From contig JASLKH010000100.1 of the NCBI GenBank assembly GCA_030747675.1, forward strand, positions 1 to 12,029: 12,029 bases of DNA, written 5' to 3'. Position 1 is the first letter of the stretch; the number at the start of each line of letters is the position of its first letter. Positions 6,873 through 12,029 of the stretch are shown here, in pieces. Origin of the DNA: Candidatus Thalassarchaeaceae archaeon (GTDB lineage Archaea > Thermoplasmatota > Poseidoniia > Poseidoniales > Thalassarchaeaceae). The notes under the pieces are model-generated. The model saw only the letters and a list, made by a program, of their open reading frames with translations, did no database searches and had not been told where the DNA came from. The translations under genes were made by a program, and so were the position numbers.

Positions 6873-9800
6873 TCAACTCAATCGCACAAACGAACCATCT
6901 GCGAGTTGAACCCATTCATATCCAGTCGGGTCGGTGTAAATCGTTCCTCTTTCATCAGTCGAATATTCACCACCACCAACCAGTTCAAGGTAACTATTGA
7001 CTCGACTGGGGACCTCTGGTTCAGTACTTACTGGTGTTGCTAGTTGTTGCATCACTGGGGGTGCCGTCGGCGTTTGTGAAAAGATTGGGGCGGCCATTGG
7101 TACTGCTCCGACTGGAGGGGATGTTGGCATCATCCCCTGCATTGATGTATCCCATTGTTCCATCGATGGCATCTGATGATTTAAGATGATTTCACCACCC
7201 CGTTTTCGGCGTATGACCATCATGGAGGCGATGCAAAGTAGTATGAGGAGAACTACAACTGAACCAATCACAATCAGCATTGTTTGTGGGGTGTCAGAAT
7301 CTGATTTTTGACTGGATTCTTCTTCAGCCCCCTCTTTGTCATCGTCATCATCCAGATTGTCTACTTGTGAATCTTGATCCGAGTCATCATCATCATCATC
7401 ATCATCATCGAAACAACAAACAGGGGGAGACGGGGTAGGATCGGTTGCATCATAGACATAAATTGCCTCCGCAGAATCGATGTTTCCAATGACATCAATG
7501 CCAGCTATACCGAAGTATAGTTGGCCATTACATTCCCCTCCACAAATGGCCTGTTCTGTAACATCTGCGGACCTTGAATCATCTGCTAAACCTGTTGGCC
7601 AACCATAGGTTTGAACACAGCCAGTCCCACTGTTAACAAGGCCGTTCCAATCAGATTCTTGGAACTGGTATCCTGCCCAACAAATCATCCATCCTGAGAC
7701 ATCAGCAGTATCACTTGCTGACCATGTGAATCCTAGCGCATCTGTTCCGTCGATTGAACTGTCTAAATCCTTCGCTGTTACTTCGAAAGCGGAGACTATT
7801 GGTGATGGAGATACGCTACCATCCGCAGTAACCACCACACTAGCAGATTGCCCAACCGCAGAAGAATCTGGCCTTCCCAATTGAACTAAAATATTGTAAG
7901 TTTCACCATCCGTAAGTGTTAGCGAATATGTCTCACTCCAAGGCACGGAAAGTGAATGAATAATACTCTGTCCCTGAAGAGGGTCACAATTGGAGCCCGT
8001 ACAGTAATAGATGGATGCATAATCTCCGTCTTGCAATAAAGAAATAGGGTAATTACTCCATTGCAGCTCCACAATTGCACCTGGTAGTTGGGTCGCAGTC
8101 AAATCGGATACATCTGCCACTGGATCTATTTCGAGGTCATCTACAACCAACGTCACTTCATGACTGCTGGTCCCGGACCACGATGATACAAGGTCAAAGG
8201 TTAGAGAATGCTCCCCCACACCCAAATCATTGGAATTGACCGAAATTGTCGCAGATGATGATGCTGAAACTGATGGCCATGATCCAATGGTATTGGTCGA
8301 TTCCGTGATGTTAGAAAGGATGTAGGGCGAGGACGTTGTAAATTCTAGCACTGGAGTAGAAAGGTCCCACATATCGTACACACGATTTGAATTAGACATT
8401 GAATCCAGATTGTGTGCTTGACTTGAAGCTACTTCAATGGTAATCATTTCTCCAATTACAACCGGTTCTGGATTATTCAATGCAAGTGTTGGGTGGTTTG
8501 GTTCAATCACGATGAAACCATATCCCCCGGCATTAGATACCGAAAATAGCCTCACATTCGATGGAATATTGATGATGTCTGTCGTTCGGTTTACATCTTC
8601 AGTTTTGACGACTTGCCCTAGGTGATTATAGAACTTGATTGAGCCACCTTCATCCCCGTAAATATCGATTAATTGTCCAGGAGCTGCTGAGACTAAATTC
8701 CAGAAATCTGAACCGTCATCGACCTGATTAATCCCAAACATTGGTGTATCCATCAATATTTCAACTACAGCATCATTTCGCTTGTATAAAAGAGAATATT
8801 CCATCAATTGAGAATCTGAAGAAATCACGATTGTTGCATACGTATGAGCCTGTTCACAATTAATCTCAATGATTGATTCCTTCTCAAGTTCAATGATGTT
8901 GAAAGGTCCAACGCCACAACTCACTTCAGCAACAGCCCCGATTGGTATCGAATCTGATTCAAATTCTACAACCATTCCTTCATCCCAAGCGACATCAACT
9001 GTGAAAGTATCCGATAAATCTGCGATGCTAGACACCCAAAATGATTCTTCAAAATCTTCTGTAAGTTGGTATGCACCTGTTGCTAAATCACTATCGTCTT
9101 CAGCAGGAAGGCTCCAAAGTTCAACATCATATCCAAATGTACCCAATAAAGGATGATTATAGGCGTCAGAATTGGATACTACAAGCCCGACTTGTTTCGT
9201 GCCAGAAACCTGTATTAATTGAGTATGTGAATAACTTGATTCAAGAACAAAAGAGTCAATTTCGAAAACAATTTCAATGATATCATCAATACCATTACCA
9301 TCATCATCGTCATCGTCTGCATCATTAATGCCATCACCATCTCGATCATAAGGCGTCGCATCTGATTCATCCGGGATACCATCGTTATCATCATCGGTAT
9401 CAATATCGTTGGCTATTCCATCCCCATCATTGTCGTTATCACCATTTAGAGACTGATTTAACAACATAGAATACCACCCAACGTCAAAGAGGACGTAATC
9501 CAAAGAATGGCTACTTGAGGTGTCCGAAGAAGTAAATGTCAAACCGTAGATTTCGCCGTTTTGCAAAGTGCCTAAATTAAACGGTGTTGAAGAGTAATCA
9601 TCATGATCATCAGTAGACAACGTCCAATTTTGAGGGGATATGGCATCGTGAACGGCGGGACCATCTAAAACCAAGGTTGGATAATAGCTGTCGCTCAATG
9701 TCTCCAACGACATTTGATACCAAGGACTAGGTAAGGTTTCCTGCGTGCCTGTGTAATCCAATTCTATGCGAATTTGATGAATTCCCGTACTATCTGCCGT

Positions 9801-12029
9801 GTAATCAATGACCCAATCATCAGAAGTTGTTGCAGTACCGAGTGTTGAAACTCCATCTGGGTCGAATATTTTGAAACTGTAAATATCATAATTTGCTCTT
9901 GAAGGTTGACCATTTAAGTTGTAGATATTAGATTCAATTAGGATATTTTGGCCCTCAAATAGCCGTACATTGTACCATTGCTCCCCACCCTGAGAATGGG
10001 CCGAAGGATGCATCATATCAATGCCTACGGGAAGCCAATTTGCTCGATCGGATGCATGGATTCCACCGCCTGGAGTTGAGCCGATTGGATTCCGGTTCGT
10101 GGACCAATCAACCAATTGTAAAAGCGTAGTTTCCAAATCATATTTGTACTCAAATTGAACGGGATCTAAAGTGATGAAGGCAGTATGTGTAGTCGTATCT
10201 TCAACACCATCATTATCGGCATCTGCAAGCGCGTGATGAGCAACACCATAATTGGATGTTCCATCGGATAGAATTTCTAGCGTTGTCAATCGCTCTGAAA
10301 CTCCTACATCACAGCAAATGAAGAATTGATCAATCCATACTGTGTCTGCTCCAGAAGTACCTGAACCGTCCTTCACATACCACCACTCAAGAGTTGTCTG
10401 ACTGTTTGAGGCTGGCAATGTGTATTGATATTGAGTCCAACCTTGAGAACCTGACCATACTTGGACAGGATTCCCACCATTTACAATGAATCGCAATTCA
10501 TCGTGATTTGCTTGAGTTGAGACCATGAAATAGAATGAGATTTGTTGACTCGTGCTGGATGCTGGAACATATGCACGCATCTGTTTTCCTCCATTGTGGG
10601 AGGTAGGAGCCGACTTGTATGAACAAGATCCTGAATAATAGTACGTGCAATCACGCATCCAGTGACTTGACCATGTTGTCCAACTTATCGAACCTTGGCC
10701 ATACTGAGAAGTTACATCAGCACCCGTATTGCAATCAACAAAAGTGCTCCTTGAGTTAGAAAGGCTTGAGGATTCAAAGCCTTGGTATTCACAAGGCATG
10801 ATCATACTTTCTTCACGACTAATATGGTCTTGATATGGTGCTGCTTGAAGAGAATCAATTGAAATTGATTCTATTCCTGCAAGAGGTAGATAAGCACCAT
10901 TTACCGTACCGCCACCATCAGAAATTTGGAGATCCCCTGTTGGTTCTCCAATATCTTGATCACTACTACCAATCCCGAGAATATCATAAGCAAATGAGCC
11001 TAGTGCCCAATCGTTCTGATTTACATCATCATTGACACTATACAAATAGTCCTGCGAGAACAAAATAAGGGACCCTGCCGACCGCACATACGTCGTAAGT
11101 ACGGCTTCATCAAATTCAGTCAATGGTGAAGACCAATCCCCTCCTGTCGTCCACAACACTGTCGAATAATGGCGTAGAATGTTCAAACCTGGGCCATTTG
11201 CCCCAGGTGAATCGACCACTCCATCCAAATCAGTGTCGCCTACAATATGAATCTCCATAGACTCGTTTCGAATAGTGGCAACTTTAGCAACTGCTTGCAA
11301 AAGTGCCATGGAACTAATATTGCTATTTTGATAATCCTCCGTCCTCTCTGCTGCAGACAATTCGTAGCCATTGTCATCGAGGACAATCAGAACACCATCG
11401 CCTATGATCTGAAATTGTGAAGGGTCCACGGTTCCATTTCCATAATCTGGTAATACGCGAATTGAAATTTCTTCATACCCCAACAAATTTGATTGTGAAT
11501 CATAAGCTAGAATATTTGGAGTATAATCACCAGGGATATCGTATGTGATTTGTCGCTGTACGGATGAAAGATGGCCAGAAGTTGGTTGGATATCTTCTAA
11601 ATTACCATTGCCGTCATCAAAAACGAAATCAAGATTTGCCGATGGGTTGCTAGAACTCAAAGTGAAAGAAACAGTACCGCCTTCATCTACCATGGAATCT
11701 GAAGAAACAATACTTAGACTTTCTAGAGCACTTGTATCCGGTGTGACAATCACAGTAAGTGGGGCGCTGTATGAAGAGTCCACATCATCTTGTACCACTG
11801 CACCGACATGGTAAATCCCTGTGCTACTGTACGTATGGGATGCTGAATTTGGAATTGAGGTACTCCAATCTGTGGCCATTCCATCCCCCCACGATAGGCT
11901 GCCACTCATACTATCTCCGTCGGCATCATAAGCAGATACTGAAAGTTGGACTGAGTCACCAGTGTTCACAAACAAGTTGGAACCTTGGATCTGTGAATTC
12001 TGTAACGAAATGGTAGGGGCGTTATTTGG
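6873..12029 (-). CDS. Giant multidomain cell-surface protein with C-terminal TM anchor, 5'-truncated (>1718 aa)
   Basis: The track start at 11975 is a TTG (Leu). The frame stays open to the edge (PNNAPTISLQNSQIQGSNL...), so the real start and signal peptide lie outside the window. It is acidic, Ser/Thr/Asp-rich and beta-rich, with a TM helix at 7212-7280 followed by RRKR. Confidence 0.95.
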   Translation of the reverse strand, partial: PNNAPTISLQNSQIQGSNLFVNTGDSVQLSVSAYDADGDSMSGSLSWGDGMATDWSTSIPNSASHTYSSTGIYHVGAVVQDDVDSSYSAPLTVIVTPDTSALESLSIVSSDSMVDEGGTVSFTLSSSNPSANLDFVFDDGNGNLEDIQPTSGHLSSVQRQITYDIPGDYTPNILAYDSQSNLLGYEEISIRVLPDYGNGTVDPSQFQIIGDGVLIVLDDNGYELSAAERTEDYQNSNISSMALLQAVAKVATIRNESMEIHIVGDTDLDGVVDSPGANGPGLNILRHYSTVLWTTGGDWSSPLTEFDEAVLTTYVRSAGSLILFSQDYLYSVNDDVNQNDWALGSFAYDILGIGSSDQDIGEPTGDLQISDGGGTVNGAYLPLAGIESISIDSLQAAPYQDHISREESMIMPCEYQGFESSSLSNSRSTFVDCNTGADVTSQYGQGSISWTTWSSHWMRDCTYYYSGSCSYKSAPTSHNGGKQMRAYVPASSTSQQISFYFMVSTQANHDELRFIVNGGNPVQVWSGSQGWTQYQYTLPASNSQTTLEWWYVKDGSGTSGADTVWIDQFFICCDVGVSERLTTLEILSDGTSNYGVAHHALADADNDGVEDTTTHTAFITLDPVQFEYKYDLETTLLQLVDWSTNRNPIGSTPGGGIHASDRANWLPVGIDMMHPSAHSQGGEQWYNVRLFEGQNILIESNIYNLNGQPSRANYDIYSFKIFDPDGVSTLGTATTSDDWVIDYTADSTGIHQIRIELDYTGTQETLPSPWYQMSLETLSDSYYPTLVLDGPAVHDAISPQNWTLSTDDHDDYSSTPFNLGTLQNGEIYGLTFTSSDTSSSHSLDYVLFDVGWYSMLLNQSLNGDNDNDGDGIANDIDTDDDNDGIPDESDATPYDRDGDGINDADDDDDDGNGIDDIIEIVFEIDSFVLESSYSHTQLIQVSGTKQVGLVVSNSDAYNHPLLGTFGYDVELWSLPAEDDSDLATGAYQLTEDFEESFWVSSIADLSDTFTVDVAWDEGMVVEFESDSIPIGAVAEVSCGVGPFNIIELEKESIIEINCEQAHTYATIVISSDSQLMEYSLLYKRNDAVVEILMDTPMFGINQVDDGSDFWNLVSAAPGQLIDIYGDEGGSIKFYNHLGQVVKTEDVNRTTDIINIPSNVRLFSVSNAGGYGFIVIEPNHPTLALNNPEPVVIGEMITIEVASSQAHNLDSMSNSNRVYDMWDLSTPVLEFTTSSPYILSNITESTNTIGSWPSVSASSSATISVNSNDLGVGEHSLTFDLVSSWSGTSSHEVTLVVDDLEIDPVADVSDLTATQLPGAIVELQWSNYPISLLQDGDYASIYYCTGSNCDPLQGQSIIHSLSVPWSETYSLTLTDGETYNILVQLGRPDSSAVGQSASVVVTADGSVSPSPIVSAFEVTAKDLDSSIDGTDALGFTWSASDTADVSGWMICWAGYQFQESDWNGLVNSGTGCVQTYGWPTGLADDSRSADVTEQAICGGECNGQLYFGIAGIDVIGNIDSAEAIYVYDATDPTPSPPVCCFDDDDDDDDDSDQDSQVDNLDDDDDKEGAEEESSQKSDSDTPQTMLIVIGSVVVLLILLCIASMMVIRRKRGGEIILNHQMPSMEQWDTSMQGMMPTSPPVGAVPMAAPIFSQTPTAPPVMQQLATPVSTEPEVPSRVNSYLELVGGGEYSTDERGTIYTDPTGYEWVQLADGSFVRLS
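7212..7280 (-). other. Transmembrane anchor of the giant protein
   Basis: MLIVIGSVVVLLILLCIASMMVI (23 aa) followed by RRKR, consistent with the positive-inside rule. Confidence 0.93.
7384..7407. repeat. (TCA)8 trinucleotide microsatellite encoding a poly-Asp run
   Basis: Eight perfect tca units; on the minus strand (GAT)8 GAC in frame. Confidence 0.95.
7443..8126 (-). other. Two fibronectin type III-like domains, membrane-proximal
   Basis: PVADVSDLTAT...VELQWS...YSLTLTDGETYNILVQ and PSPIVSAFEV...LGFTWSAS...LYFGIAGIDVIGN show the FN3 Trp, Tyr-corner and A.D..GN motifs. Confidence 0.6.
9280..9446 (-). repeat. Thrombospondin type-3-like DxDxDG Ca2+-binding repeats
   Basis: NGDNDNDGDGIANDIDTDDDNDGIPDESDATPYDRDGDGINDADDDDDDGNGIDD: four DxDxDG/DxDGNG-type loops. 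Confidence 0.85.
9470..10040 (-). other. One or two PPC (pre-peptidase C-terminal)-like beta domains
   Basis: QWYNVRLFEGQNILI...FKIFDPDG...VIDYTADSTGIHQIRI resembles the PPC pattern D.Y.F....G..I.I...L.L.DP.G...G.Y.I.V. The second copy is more degenerate. Confidence 0.55.
11448..12029 (-). other. Two PKD/Ig-like domains in the giant protein
   Basis: NNAPT...SLSWGDG...SHTYSSTGIYHV and FVFDDGNG...ITYDIPGDYT match the PKD W(D)FGDG / H.Y..PG.Y signature. Confidence 0.75.

Noticed and set aside
7212-7280. Archaeosortase (PGF-CTERM) or sortase sorting signal on the giant protein
   Set aside because: No PGF, PEF or LPXTG motif precedes the TM helix, and the tail is 112 aa rather than a short basic cluster.
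6233-12016. Small ORFs inside the methyltransferase and giant gene (e.g. 9215-9403 Met-rich, 8869-9156, 11545-11814, 11759-12016)
   Set aside because: Frame-shifted or antisense readings of repetitive Asp (GAT) codons and of the main genes.
1-12029. tRNA, rRNA, CRISPR array, IS/transposase, integrase
   Set aside because: No cloverleaf, spaced direct-repeat array, terminal inverted repeats or recombinase motifs were seen. The window is almost fully coding.

Overview
Archaeal chromosomal DNA of moderate GC content. By inference it is Thermoplasmatota, probably Marine Group II (Ca. Poseidoniales), based on the A-type ATPase subunits plus a giant acidic DxDxDG-repeat surface protein. Bases 1-6021 (minus strand) hold an A1Ao (A/V-type) ATP synthase operon in the canonical order H-I-K-E-C-F-A. 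Subunit A (missing from the ORF track) runs off the left edge, and B and D are expected beyond it. A UbiE/MenG-family SAM methyltransferase (6162-6863, +) is transcribed divergently from the operon. It converges on a >1718-aa single-pass membrane protein (6873 to beyond 12029, minus, 5'-truncated). That protein carries PKD-like, alpha/beta, jelly-roll, PPC-like, TSP3-like Ca-binding and FN3-like modules, an acidic stalk, a TM helix and a 112-aa cytoplasmic tail ending in a compact aromatic/Gly micro-domain. I saw no RNA genes, CRISPR arrays, mobile elements or inteins. The best leads are the giant surface protein and its cytoplasmic end-domain, His-rich insertions in subunit I, the leader peptide and mixed ion-binding signature of subunit K, and a hairpin occluding the first ribosome-binding site of the operon. 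I cannot claim any of these as a new system without database searches.
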